This document shows positions 52,602 through 62,608 of a DNA stretch of 64,000 bases, piece after piece. The DNA is from an uncultured delta proteobacterium (GTDB lineage: Bacteria; Myxococcota_A; Polyangia; Polyangiales; Polyangiaceae). How positions within the stretch are numbered: the stretch's first letter is position 1; each line of letters begins with the position of its first letter. The notes beneath the pieces are model-generated. The model was given only the letters and a program-made list of their open reading frames with translations. It made no database searches and was not told the DNA's origin. The translations under genes and the position numbers were made by a program. The stretch is taken from positions 96,001 to 160,000 of the forward strand of contig CAWJCS010000001.1 of assembly GCA_963841435.1 (NCBI GenBank), in the 5' to 3' direction.

Positions 52602-54743
52602 TCAGGCGGCGTAGCCTTGGAGCTTCGGCGTCCAGACGGTGACGCGGTTCCGTCCGCCGCGCTTCGACGCGTAGAGCGCCTCGTCCGTCGCCTTGAAGAG
52701 CGCCTCCCACGTGCGGCCCGCCGTGGGGAATGGCGCCACGCCGACGGAGCAGGTCACGGAAAAGGTGCCGAGCTCACTCTTGAACGTCGTCGCGGCGAGC
52801 TCCTGACGGATACGCTCGGCGAGCTGAACGGCGCCGCGCTCGTCGGTCTCCTCGCAGACGAGCACGAACTCTTCGCCGCCGAAGCGTCCGACGGCGTCGG
52901 TGTCGCGCTTCACGCGGCCGAGCACGTCGGAAACCCCCTTGATCACGACGTCACCCACGTCGTGACCGTACGTGTCGTTGACGCGCTTGAAGTGATCGAT
53001 GTCGCAAACCAAAAGGCTAAGGGGGCGCGCGAACCGGTCCGCGCTCTTCAGTTTCTGATGCGCGATCTCGGTGAGCGCACGCTTGTTGAAGAGGCCCGTG
53101 AGACCGTCGGTCGTCGCCATTTCTTCGAGGCGCTTGAGCATGCGTGCGTTCGCGAGCGACACGGCGACGTGGCTCGCCAGCACCTCGAGGGTAGGTCGGA
53201 CGGCATCGCCGAACGCACCGCGCCGCCGCGACCCGAGGATGAGCGTGCCGAGCGCACGCTCGTGGACGAGCAGCGGGACGACGAGGAGCGACGGCATGGG
53301 CGGCGGTGCGATCGCTCGCGTGAACACGACCTGGCGGGACGGGTCGTAGTCACCGCGATAGGGCAACGCGTGGCGATTGGCGACGACCATGGAGACGAGC
53401 CCCGTATTGTGTCGGTAGCGCTTGCCGACGAGCTCGGCGGTGCCCTCGCCGCTTGCAGCGCAGATTTCGTGCGTCGAGCTCTGCCGGTCGAACAGCGTGA
53501 CCACGGCAAAGTCGAACGCCGCGAATTCGCGGGCGCCGTTGACGCCGGCCTCGATGACCTGGGCTTCCGTCGTGGCCGCGGCGAGCGCGTTGGCCGCGCG
53601 GTAGAGCTTGCCTTGCTCCACTTTCGCGCGATCGAGCTGCACGAAGACGCGTTCGTTCTCGATGGCGCGGTGCACGAAATGCGCGGCCGAGCGCAGCGCC
53701 TCCTCCTCGGACGGTGTGAACGGCTCGCGGGCCTCGCGGTCCACGACGAGCAGGCCGCGGGAATGCCCCGTCGAGCCGAACGGGGTCGCCGAGGCGGCGC
53801 CGATCGCCGGCCGGCGCGCGTAGTAGGGCAGGTGCACGCCCGTGCGGCTGCCGGAGAGGCTCACTTGCTCGCCGCGTTCGAGGCTCGCCCCGAAGATGCC
53901 GTCGCGCGCGCCGAACGGCCCCGGCTCGATGGCGTCCTCGGAGCTCGAGAGCTCGAGGATGGTGAGCGACTGGGAGGAAGCGTCGAGACCGAGCAGCATG
54001 GCGGTGCGCAGACCGAGCGTGCGACGCAAGAGCGCGAGCGCGAACTCGACGGCCTGGTGGATTTCATCGACGCCGGAGCGGAGCAGGCGTTCCTCGTCGT
54101 CGGGGGCGGGCGTGAGCGAGCGGTCGCGGGCCCCGGACGGCGCCCCCAGCAAGCGGTACGAGCGGGCCGCGTCGCGCATGCGCGCGATCTCCGACTCGAT
54201 GCGAGCGCGGGACAGCCGACGGATGCGGGCGACCTCGGCGCTGAACACGGCGAGATTCAGGAACGCGAACAGGGACACGAGCGCCGCGTGCTGCACGAGG
54301 CGGTCGGGATCGCGCGCACTGATGGCGTACGTGCCGAGCGCGGTCTCGAGCAGCACGGCGAAGGCCACGCCGAGCGTGGTCGTGAGGACGCCCGTGAAGC
54401 TCGCCGCGAGAAGGGCGACCGCGTACACGACGGCGTAGAGCGGACCGTCGAGGCCACCGGGTGCGTTGAGCACGAGCGCAAAGGCGGCGACGAACAGGTG
54501 GAGCACGAGCTCGAGGTCGAGCCTTCGGACCTCTTCGTCGGGCGCGAGGCGTCCGAGACGCCGCACGAGCCTGTACCCGAGCGAACCGAGGAGCAGGGCG
54601 AGCGCCGTCGCGTTCCACGGCGCGGGAGGGGGCTCGTCGGCCCAGGCGACGAGGTAGCCGCCGAGCCCGAGCGCGATCGCGCATCCGGCCGCTCGGGCCA
54701 CGCTTCGCTGCACCCAGAGGGCGGCCCGAACGAGGGGATCCAT
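52602..54743 (-). CDS. Membrane-bound diguanylate cyclase with two GAF domains
   Basis: N-terminal TM helices; two GAF-like segments; TDGLTGL.N, DIDHFK.VND.YGH, RDTD I-site, GGEEF. Confidence 0.93.
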   Translation of the reverse strand: MDPLVRAALWVQRSVARAAGCAIALGLGGYLVAWADEPPPAPWNATALALLLGSLGYRLVRRLGRLAPDEEVRRLDLELVLHLFVAAFALVLNAPGGLDGPLYAVVYAVALLAASFTGVLTTTLGVAFAVLLETALGTYAISARDPDRLVQHAALVSLFAFLNLAVFSAEVARIRRLSRARIESEIARMRDAARSYRLLGAPSGARDRSLTPAPDDEERLLRSGVDEIHQAVEFALALLRRTLGLRTAMLLGLDASSQSLTILELSSSEDAIEPGPFGARDGIFGASLERGEQVSLSGSRTGVHLPYYARRPAIGAASATPFGSTGHSRGLLVVDREAREPFTPSEEEALRSAAHFVHRAIENERVFVQLDRAKVEQGKLYRAANALAAATTEAQVIEAGVNGAREFAAFDFAVVTLFDRQSSTHEICAASGEGTAELVGKRYRHNTGLVSMVVANRHALPYRGDYDPSRQVVFTRAIAPPPMPSLLVVPLLVHERALGTLILGSRRRGAFGDAVRPTLEVLASHVAVSLANARMLKRLEEMATTDGLTGLFNKRALTEIAHQKLKSADRFARPLSLLVCDIDHFKRVNDTYGHDVGDVVIKGVSDVLGRVKRDTDAVGRFGGEEFVLVCEETDERGAVQLAERIRQELAATTFKSELGTFSVTCSVGVAPFPTAGRTWEALFKATDEALYASKRGGRNRVTVWTPKLQGYAA

Positions 54744-54802
54744 GCGCTCTTGTCCGGCTACCAGTTCGCGCCGCTCGGGGCCTAGTTTTCCGGGCAGGTG
54801 AT

Positions 54803-56275
54803 ATGTTCGGCGGCATGCGGGCAGGCCTGAGGCTTCGGCTCCTGCTCCTGCTCGGGGCCTTGCTCGCTGTCGCGTTCGTCCCCCTGTTCCTTGCGGTGGC
54901 GACCTACACACAGCTGACCCTGCAACGCCTGTCGGAGGCGCACGGCCGCTCCCTCGGACGCGCGATCGCGGGCCACGTGAGCGAAGCGGGCCGAAGCCGC
55001 AAGGCTTCCGAGCTCATGCCGCTCCTGCGCTCGGAGATCGGCAGTGGCGGGCTCGACGCGCTCGGCGTCTACGGTCCGGACGAGCTCCCCGTGGCGCGCG
55101 TCGGTGAGCCGTCGGCCGTGGATGCCCTGCCGCCGCGCTTCCAACCGGGGCGCGAGGCAACCTGGGACGTCGTGACCTCGCACGGGCGTGGCCTTGCCGT
55201 GGCCGTCCCGGGAGCCGGCGGCACGGTCATCGCGGTCGTCCGGACGGACGACGAGGCGGCCCGGACGACGCCGTTGCTCCGGCTCGTGGGCCTTTACACG
55301 GCGCTCGGGGCGCTCGCGCTGCTCACGGCCACCTACTTTGCGCTCACGCGCCTCATTGTGCGGCCTCTCGACGAGCTGGCGCACGCGGCGGAGAGCGTGG
55401 CGCTTGGCGCGCGCCGGCTCGCCGTTCCCCGGACGCCCGTGCGCGAGCTCGTCGACCTCGGCAAGAGCCTGCGCAGCATGACCGAGGGGCTCATCGCCCG
55501 CGAGGACGCGCTGAAAAGGAAGATCGACGAGGTCGAGCAGGCCACCAAGAGGCTCGCCGAGGCGCAAGGTCAGCTCGTGCGCTCGGAGCGGCTCGCCTCC
55601 GTAGGTCGCCTGGCCGCAGGCCTCGCGCACGAGATCGGCAACCCGATCGCCGCGCTCATGGGCTTCGAGGATCTGCTGCTGCAGGGCGGCGTCTCACCCG
55701 AGGAGCAGCGCGATTTCCTGTTGCGGATGCGCCGCGAGACGGACCGCATCCACGGCATTCTGCGCGATCTCCTGGCGTTCGCTCGGCCGAGCACCGACGT
55801 GGCCGCCGACGATCAGCCCGGGGACGTCGATGCCGCGATCAACGACACGGCCGCACTCTTGCTCCTGCACCCGGCGCTCCGGGAGGTCGAGCTCACGCTC
55901 GACGTGCACCCGGGGCTGCCAGCGGTCGCGCTGGGTCGCGAGAAGCTCGTGCAAATCGCGCTGAATCTCGTGCTGAACGCCGCCGACGCCGTGGCACCTG
56001 GGGGCCGCGTGACGATCCGCGCCGAGGCGGGCTCGCTCGGTGTGAGGCTGTCCGTCGAGGACGATGGTCCGGGCGTGGCGAGCGACGTGCGCGAGCGGCT
56101 GTTCGAGCCGTTCGTCACGACCAAGGAGATCGGCAAGGGCACGGGGCTCGGGCTCGCCGTGTGCCGAGGGCTGGTCGAAGCCGTCGGCGGCACCATCTTG
56201 CTCGACGACGCTCCTCGCCGTGGCGCGCGCTTCGTGATCGAGCTGCCGCAGGCGCCGAGCGGCGCGCCGCCCTAG
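54803..56275 (+). CDS. Sensor histidine kinase (two TM, HAMP, HisKA, HATPase)
   Basis: GLAHEIGNP H-box, NLVLNA, DDGPG, FEPFVTTK, GTGLGL. Confidence 0.95.
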   Translation: MFGGMRAGLRLRLLLLLGALLAVAFVPLFLAVATYTQLTLQRLSEAHGRSLGRAIAGHVSEAGRSRKASELMPLLRSEIGSGGLDALGVYGPDELPVARVGEPSAVDALPPRFQPGREATWDVVTSHGRGLAVAVPGAGGTVIAVVRTDDEAARTTPLLRLVGLYTALGALALLTATYFALTRLIVRPLDELAHAAESVALGARRLAVPRTPVRELVDLGKSLRSMTEGLIAREDALKRKIDEVEQATKRLAEAQGQLVRSERLASVGRLAAGLAHEIGNPIAALMGFEDLLLQGGVSPEEQRDFLLRMRRETDRIHGILRDLLAFARPSTDVAADDQPGDVDAAINDTAALLLLHPALREVELTLDVHPGLPAVALGREKLVQIALNLVLNAADAVAPGGRVTIRAEAGSLGVRLSVEDDGPGVASDVRERLFEPFVTTKEIGKGTGLGLAVCRGLVEAVGGTILLDDAPRRGARFVIELPQAPSGAPP

Positions 56276-56312
56276 CTCCCGCCGGGTTCCACCGGGTGAG
56301 CCGCGCCGAGGC

Positions 56313-56672
56313 TCAGTTGCACCAGTCTTTGGTTTCGTGGGTGCTGCAGTAGTCGACCACGCATGTCGTGTACTTCTCGTACTCCTTGTCGCACTCCATA
56401 TTGGCCGGATCGCTGAGGTAGAACGAGGCAAAGTCGCAGACATCGCTGAGGTCGGCGACACAGCTGATCAGGTCGTCGAACTTCGAATCGCACTTGTCGC
56501 TCGTGTCGGAAAAGTCCTCTTGGCTGACGCAGCCGTGAACGCACTCGTCGTGGTCGAACTTGCTGCACCCTTCGTTCTGGGCGTCGTCGCAGATGTCGTA
56601 GCAGTCGGTCCCGCACGCGATGGCAAAGGGAAGTAAGAGCAGGATGGAGGCTAAGGTCGGGCGAAAGCGCAT
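56313..56672 (-). CDS. Small acidic Cys-rich lipoprotein
   Basis: AAGGAG RBS; AIAC lipobox; 12 further Cys in about 100 aa. Confidence 0.8.
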   Translation of the reverse strand: MRFRPTLASILLLLPFAIACGTDCYDICDDAQNEGCSKFDHDECVHGCVSQEDFSDTSDKCDSKFDDLISCVADLSDVCDFASFYLSDPANMECDKEYEKYTTCVVDYCSTHETKDWCN

Positions 56673-56747
56673 CGAGGATCTCCTTGAGGGCCGAGGGTCC
56701 CGAGAGGCTGGCCTTCCCACCGGTGGAGGCCGCACACAGGACACACG

Positions 56748-56776
56748 AGAATTCGCCGCCCAGACAAAACTGTCAA
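56748..56776 (-). promoter_or_regulatory. Candidate sigma70-type promoter for the 56313-56672 gene
   Basis: TTGACA, 17-nt spacer, AATTCT on the minus strand, about 75 bp upstream of the ATG. Confidence 0.4.
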
Positions 56777-56992
56777 GTTCTCGCTTCTGCGTGGTTTCAT
56801 TCTCGCGGCGCCCTTTGGAATCGGCGGGGGAGGCGGTGCCAGTGCGCGGGCTCGTTTGGGTCGCATTTCACTGAGGCTTTACCCGGACGCCCTACGGCGT
56901 CGGCAATTGTCGGCCCTTCTTGGCCGTTTGGCCGATCCCTGGAAGAATGGCCGTCGCCCCTCGCTCCGGCGAGGGCAACGTTCAAGCACTAC

Positions 56993-58537
56993 ATGCGCCT
57001 CGGGATCGATTTCGGGACGACCCGCACCGTCGTTGCCGCCGCCATCGACGGTCGCTACCCGATTGCCATCTTCGAAACGCCAAGGGGTTATTCGGAGTTC
57101 GTGCCCGGCATGGCGACACGGGGCGGACGTGACCTTTCGCTCGGCTGGGACGCGCAGGCACGGCTGGGATCCGGCAGCGAAGCCGTGCTCCGTTCGATCA
57201 AGCGCGAGGCCAGTTCGCGACTGCCGGACGAGCGACTGTCCGACCTCGGCTTCGATCGTAGCGTGCTCGAGATCACGACCGACTACCTGACGGCTCTCCG
57301 GCGCCTTCTGATCGAGCGGAGCAATCTCGACATCGACGAGGACGAGCCGCTCGAGGCGATGGTGGCCGTCCCCGCGAGCGCGAGCACGAGCCAGCGCTAC
57401 CTCACGGTGGAGGCGTTCAGCCGCGCCGGTTTTCGCGTGCTCGGTCTGGTGAACGAGCCCACGGCAGCGGCGATCGAGTACGCGCACAACAATCTCGCAT
57501 CGCTCGGCCGCCGCAGCCCCAAGCGCTACGTGGTGGTGTACGACCTCGGGGGCGGCACCTTCGATACCTCGGCCGTCTCGCTCGTGGATCGGCGGTTCGA
57601 GTTGATAGCGAGCGAGGGTATCGCTCGGCTCGGTGGCGAGGATTTCGACGCGGCCATCCTCGAGCTCACGCTCCGTCAGGCGCGCTTCGACGGCGTGCTC
57701 GTGCCGAGGACGCGCGCCGCGCTGCTCGAGACCTGCCGCGAGGCGAAGGAGGCGCTCTCACCGGGGAGTCGCCGGTTGCTGGTCAACTGCAGCAGCGTCG
57801 TCCCCAGCCTCGAGCCGGCGACCCTGGAGATGGCCGCCGTGAACGACGCCGTGGCGCCGCTCGTCGCGCGAACGCTCGATCTTCTCGAACGCGTTCTCGA
57901 CAAGGTTCGCGAGCACGGCATCGACCCCGAGAACAGCCGTGAGCTCGGCGGCGTTTACCTCGTGGGCGGCGGGACGAGCTTTCCGCTCGTCGGGCGGATG
58001 CTGCGTGAGCGGTACAAGCGCAAGGTGCTGGTTGCGCCCCAGCCGCACGCGGCGACCGCCGTCGGCCTCGCCATCGCCGCCGACCCGGACGCGGGCGTCT
58101 TCGTGCGCGAGGCGGTGACGCGCCACTTCGGCGTGTGGCGTGAGGGCGAAGCCGGGCGCGCGAAAATTTTCGACCCCATCATCGTCAAGGGCGCCCTTCC
58201 GGACTCGGGCGAGCTCATGTTCGAGCGTCATTATCGTCCCGTGCACGCCGTCGGCCACCTGCGCTTTCTCGAGTGCAGTGAGCTCGGCCCCGACGGCCAG
58301 CCACGCGGCGATCTCACGCCCTGGGGCGACATCTTGTTCCCGTACGATCCCGCACTCGCAGAACGGCGTGATCTCGACGATTTGCCGCTGGATCTTCGCC
58401 TTTCCGGGGGACAGGTCGAGATCGTCGAACGCTACGCTTACCGTCGCGACGGCGCCATCTCGGTCTCGATCGAAAACGCCACGGGCGGCTACTCGCGTCG
58501 TTACCTGCTCGGCCAGGGAACGGCAGCGGCCGAGTGA
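56993..58537 (+). CDS. Atypical Hsp70-family protein
   Basis: GIDFGTT, VAVPA, VNEPTAAA, YDLGGGTFD, LGGEDFD, LVGGG; short divergent C-terminus. Confidence 0.9.
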   Translation: MRLGIDFGTTRTVVAAAIDGRYPIAIFETPRGYSEFVPGMATRGGRDLSLGWDAQARLGSGSEAVLRSIKREASSRLPDERLSDLGFDRSVLEITTDYLTALRRLLIERSNLDIDEDEPLEAMVAVPASASTSQRYLTVEAFSRAGFRVLGLVNEPTAAAIEYAHNNLASLGRRSPKRYVVVYDLGGGTFDTSAVSLVDRRFELIASEGIARLGGEDFDAAILELTLRQARFDGVLVPRTRAALLETCREAKEALSPGSRRLLVNCSSVVPSLEPATLEMAAVNDAVAPLVARTLDLLERVLDKVREHGIDPENSRELGGVYLVGGGTSFPLVGRMLRERYKRKVLVAPQPHAATAVGLAIAADPDAGVFVREAVTRHFGVWREGEAGRAKIFDPIIVKGALPDSGELMFERHYRPVHAVGHLRFLECSELGPDGQPRGDLTPWGDILFPYDPALAERRDLDDLPLDLRLSGGQVEIVERYAYRRDGAISVSIENATGGYSRRYLLGQGTAAAE

Positions 58538-58550
58538 TACACTCGCCCAG

Positions 58551-60575
58551 GTGAGTCCCGAGCGACCCGCGTCGGTGCCCGACGACGCCGTGTACGACCC
58601 CGAGCAGCTCGGCTGGGAGGTCTCGGTGCGCGATGCCGCCGGCGTGCGGCAGGGTGAGGTCCGGCTCTATCGACCCGACGGGTCGCTCGCGCGCGTCTGT
58701 TCGTTCGAGGGCGGCAAGAAGTCCGGACCGTTCTCGAGCTTTCACCCGAGCGGCGAGGTCGCGAGCCGCGGGGCCTTCGTCGATGACCGGCTCGACGGCA
58801 CGTTCTTCCGCTTCGTGTCGAGCGCACCGGGCGGCGAGCCCTTGAGACACTGCTGCGTGCCGCCGGGCGCCGTCGAGCTCAGGGCCGAATACAAGGGCGG
58901 CCGGTTCGTCAACGAGACCTTCTACGACGAGACCGGCGCGCCGCTCGCCCCGGACGGCAGCCGCTGGCCCGCGCGCCCCGCGGGCGTGCCGGCGAGCGCT
59001 CGCTTCGACGAGCGCTCGAGCCGCTACGTCGACCGCATCGAAGACGAAGACGGGTCACGCGCGACGCTACGCTACTTCTCGGCGGACGGCGTGTGCGTCG
59101 AGGAGCTGCCCCTCCTCAACGGGATCATCGTGGGGCGGCGCCGTTTCGACGAGCGCGGCAAGCTCGCTTCCGACTACGGCTTCGACGAGCGCGGTGTGGC
59201 CCACGGACCGAGCCGCTTACGTTTCGAGCCGGACAGCTCGCCGCTCGACGTGCCCGAGGTGTGCGAGGTCGTCGGCGAGCACTTCCATGGGGAAGCGACC
59301 GGGGTCTGGTGCCTGCTCGACGCGAGCGGCGAGTGCGTGCGCAGTGTCGAGCGTGGCACCCCGTTCTCCGAGCCGCCGGCCGTCGTGCTCGAGCGCGAGC
59401 CGGCGTCGGTCACGGGCGACGAGCTCTTCGAGCGAGCCGCCGAGGCGCGTGACGTGGGGCAGGCACGCGAGGCGCTCTGCCTCGCCGCGCGTGGTGCCGT
59501 CCGGCTCGGTGACGGGACCCGGTTTCGGGAGTTTCTGCGCGTGTCGGTCATGCCGCAGAAGGTGGCTCCCGCGCTCGAGCACGCCGAGAGCATCGCGGCC
59601 GCGGGGGGCGTCACGGCCAGCCGTCTGCTCGATGCAGCCCTCGGAGGCGCCGACCTGCCGCGGATCTTCAGGGCGCTCGCGTCGACCCTGCCCGCCAACT
59701 GTGCCGCCTCACTCGACTACCTCGACGCGGCGCTGCTGCTCGCGCCTGACCGCACGATGACGCGCGTCGCGCGCGGCATGGCGCGCCTCGAGCACGGCGA
59801 TCGCACGGGAGCGCTCGCCGACGCCGACGCCGTGGAGAAGGACTCACCGGTCGCGGCGAGCTTCATGCGCGAGGAATGTCGAGTCGCCGCGTGCGACTAC
59901 GGGTTCGTGCCGCTGGTCGACCCCGTGGCCGAGCCCGAGGAAGAGCTGCTCCCCGTCGTGGTGGAGCAGCCGCTCGCCGCGGTGCAGCACGGGGTCGCCC
60001 TCTACGCAACGCGGCTCGGCTCGTTGCGCGCCGAGCTCCGCGCACGTCTCGGCGACGGCGGGCACGGCTTGCCTCCCGACGTGGCGTCGCTCTTGCCGAA
60101 CGGTCCGGTCGAGCTCAGGCGCTTCACGGCGCGCATCCGCGACGAGACGGACGACGGCTTCGAGGAGACCGATGTGGAGGTCGACGAGTCGCTCGCGCCG
60201 AGGGGCCTCTCCGTGCGCGAGCTCTGGCACGCCGCCCGCGCCGACTGGGCCGCGCTCTCTTGGCTGTGCTGGGCCGTGGGTCTCGACCGTGTGGGTATGC
60301 CGACTCGCGTCGAGCCCCCGCGCACGTTCCCCGCCGCGGTGAATCGCGCTTCCCTGCGTTGCTTCTGGGCGCACGATCGGCTGCGGACGGGCGGTCTGGT
60401 CGCGATGTCCCGCAAGGTGGCGCCGTTCGAGTGGGAGGGGCTCCCCGTCGAATCGCTCGCCACGCACCTTGCGAACGTGGCCGCGGCCGAGTACCGGGAG
60501 ACGCGGGCGGTGCTTCTGTGGCTGCTCTTCGAGCAGAACGTCTCGCCCTTTCAGGCGGATCTGCGCAAGGTCTGA
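58551..60575 (+). CDS. MORN-variant repeat and TPR-like protein of unknown function
   Basis: G...LYRPDGSL and SGPFSSFHPSGEV MORN_2-like units; LDAALLLAPD..RGMARLEHGD..ALAD TPR-like; GTG start 13 bp after the Hsp70 stop. Confidence 0.75.
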   Translation: MSPERPASVPDDAVYDPEQLGWEVSVRDAAGVRQGEVRLYRPDGSLARVCSFEGGKKSGPFSSFHPSGEVASRGAFVDDRLDGTFFRFVSSAPGGEPLRHCCVPPGAVELRAEYKGGRFVNETFYDETGAPLAPDGSRWPARPAGVPASARFDERSSRYVDRIEDEDGSRATLRYFSADGVCVEELPLLNGIIVGRRRFDERGKLASDYGFDERGVAHGPSRLRFEPDSSPLDVPEVCEVVGEHFHGEATGVWCLLDASGECVRSVERGTPFSEPPAVVLEREPASVTGDELFERAAEARDVGQAREALCLAARGAVRLGDGTRFREFLRVSVMPQKVAPALEHAESIAAAGGVTASRLLDAALGGADLPRIFRALASTLPANCAASLDYLDAALLLAPDRTMTRVARGMARLEHGDRTGALADADAVEKDSPVAASFMREECRVAACDYGFVPLVDPVAEPEEELLPVVVEQPLAAVQHGVALYATRLGSLRAELRARLGDGGHGLPPDVASLLPNGPVELRRFTARIRDETDDGFEETDVEVDESLAPRGLSVRELWHAARADWAALSWLCWAVGLDRVGMPTRVEPPRTFPAAVNRASLRCFWAHDRLRTGGLVAMSRKVAPFEWEGLPVESLATHLANVAAAEYRETRAVLLWLLFEQNVSPFQADLRKV

Positions 60576-60583
60576 GCGCCGAG

Positions 60584-61030
60584 TCAGTGCACCAGATCGG
60601 GCGTGCAGCCGTCACCGCGGCATGCCTCCACCTTGACGCGCGCGAGCATTTGTTCCGCGTTCGCCCAGCAGCCTTCCGCCGTGGAATCGAAGGTGTTGCG
60701 ATAGATCCTCCGGCCCGGGGCACGGTTGCCGAACACGGGCACGGTGGCGGACCGTCCGCTCTGGAAATCGATGCGCGCCCGGAAGCGGTACACGTTGCGC
60801 GGCGGGTTCGTGCTCGTGTAGCCGTCGGCCGGCGCGTCGAAGTAGAGCTGGTAGTGGATCTTGCAGCCCTCGCTCGCGACGATCACGCGCTCGAACACGT
60901 GGCCGTGCACGTTCGCCGTAAACTCCGAGTTCTGCGACCAGGCCAGGGCCAACGAGCTGACGCAAAGGACGCCGAACGCCGCCAGGAGGCGCGGCGCGCG
61001 CGAGGCTTTCCGTGTTCCGAACCAGCGCAT
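60584..61030 (-). CDS. Small secreted hypothetical protein
   Basis: Signal peptide ending ALA; beta-rich mature part with four Cys. Confidence 0.65.
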   Translation of the reverse strand: MRWFGTRKASRAPRLLAAFGVLCVSSLALAWSQNSEFTANVHGHVFERVIVASEGCKIHYQLYFDAPADGYTSTNPPRNVYRFRARIDFQSGRSATVPVFGNRAPGRRIYRNTFDSTAEGCWANAEQMLARVKVEACRGDGCTPDLVH

Positions 61031-61080
61031 CGCAAAGGACGATACCTTCGCTCGCGCTCTCCACCAAGCGTGAAGCACCG

Positions 61081-61650
61081 TCACGTCGAGGCTAGTGCGA
61101 GCGACCGCTCCGTCACGATGCGAAACAGGCGCTCGCGGCGGTCCTCGTTCCAGGTAAAAAGCGCGATCCGGTCGAGCCGACGCTCGAGCGAGCCGAGCGC
61201 AAGGGCGCCGGCCCAGGCGAGACCCTGCCGGCGCGCTTCGTCCGTCGCGCGCCGCGTGGGGCGCGCGAGCGTCACGTGCGCCCTGGGCGGGCGCGCCTCA
61301 CGCCGCCCGATCGCCGCCTCGCTCAAGGGATCGCGTAGCCTTGCGATCAGGGACTCGGTCTCGGTGCGACCGCGCTCGAGAAGCGCCGAGAGCGCCGTGT
61401 ACTGCCTGGCACGCCCCATGGGTACGACTTCGCCGAGCGTCACGTCGAGCGCCGTGGGGCGCCCTGCCGCGAGCGCTTCGTCGAGCGCGTCGAGAGCCCG
61501 CTTTGCGCGCTCCTCGCCGCACGCGCCGAGGAAGACGAGGGTCAGGTGCACGTCGTCCGGGTGGAAGCGGCGAAAGCCCGGCGGTAGCTCGGGCAGCTCG
61601 CTCATGAAGCTTCCCTCGACGGGGAAGGCAAAGAACCAGTTCGGCCGCAC
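61081..61650 (-). CDS. thpR: RNA 2',3'-cyclic phosphodiesterase (2H phosphoesterase)
   Basis: HLTLVFLG and HVTLAR 2H motifs. Confidence 0.85.
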   Translation of the reverse strand: MRPNWFFAFPVEGSFMSELPELPPGFRRFHPDDVHLTLVFLGACGEERAKRALDALDEALAAGRPTALDVTLGEVVPMGRARQYTALSALLERGRTETESLIARLRDPLSEAAIGRREARPPRAHVTLARPTRRATDEARRQGLAWAGALALGSLERRLDRIALFTWNEDRRERLFRIVTERSLALAST

Positions 61651-61727
61651 CTCGAGCTCGGCTTAGCATTGCTGTCACGAAGCGGCGCGGCCGCGGGATC
61701 GCTCGCGCCAAAGTCCGGTGCAAGGTG

Positions 61728-62546
61728 TCAGGTTGCGGCGGCACGTTCCGGGGCGAGCTCGAAGAGCTCGCTCACCGTCACGGTCGAGAGCCGGGCGCTC
61801 GCGATCCCCCGGAGCAGAGCGTCGAGCACGCCGAGGCTCGCGGGGCGATGATCGCCGCGCTCGGAGGCGTCGTGCAGCAGAAGGACCGCGCCGTCCTCGA
61901 GGGCGCCGAGGGAGCGCTCGAGCACGGCGGCCGGCGTCGCTCCGCGCCGTCCGTCGCGGGCGCGCCGCGAAAAGCCGACGAGCGAGAGTCCCTCGGCCTC
62001 GGCTGCTAGCGCCACGGTGTGGCTCACGAGCCCGACTGGCGGCCGAAAGAGGCGGGGACGTGCGCCGCTCGCGCTCTCGAGGGCGGCGGCGCCGCGAGCC
62101 ATGTCGGCACGCAGGCGCGCCACGGGGCGCAGGGCATAGAGCCGGTCGTGAACGTGCCCGTGAAGCCCGAGCTCGTGGCCCGCCTCGACGAGCTCGCGCA
62201 CGAGCTTCGGGTGACGCACCGCCTTCTCGCCGAGCGCAAAAAACGTTGCGCGCGCGCCGTGCTCCGCGAGCGTCGAAAGGACCCGCGGCGTCGTCGCGGG
62301 ATCGGGGCCATCGTCGAACGTGAGCGCGACGCGCCCGAGCCCGGGTCTGCCATGGCCGAGCACCTCGCCCCACACGGAGAGCCCCGGCGCGAGCACGCCG
62401 AGCGTGCACATGGCGGCGTGGGCGGCGAGCCCGGCCGCGGAGAGTGCGAGCGCCGCGGGGCCGGTCGCCGCCCATGCGAGCGCGAGCAGGCCGCCGACGC
62501 TCGTCGCGTGCAGTGCGAAGCGTGCGGGGCTCGGGTTGGGCGGCAT
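61728..62546 (-). CDS. Membrane-anchored polysaccharide deacetylase (CE4/NodB)
   Basis: LTFDDGP, ATFF, HGHVH, FRPP, LLHD. Confidence 0.93.
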   Translation of the reverse strand: MPPNPSPARFALHATSVGGLLALAWAATGPAALALSAAGLAAHAAMCTLGVLAPGLSVWGEVLGHGRPGLGRVALTFDDGPDPATTPRVLSTLAEHGARATFFALGEKAVRHPKLVRELVEAGHELGLHGHVHDRLYALRPVARLRADMARGAAALESASGARPRLFRPPVGLVSHTVALAAEAEGLSLVGFSRRARDGRRGATPAAVLERSLGALEDGAVLLLHDASERGDHRPASLGVLDALLRGIASARLSTVTVSELFELAPERAAAT

Positions 62547-62608
62547 GGCCTTCGTGGGGCAACGAGCGTACCCTCGCGGGCGGCCGTCTCGAAGTCCGAA
62601 GCTCGCAC

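Noticed and set aside
58551..60575. Toxin-antitoxin (YwqK-like) assignment from MORN repeats
   Set aside because: MORN repeats are generic and no toxin domain is recognisable nearby
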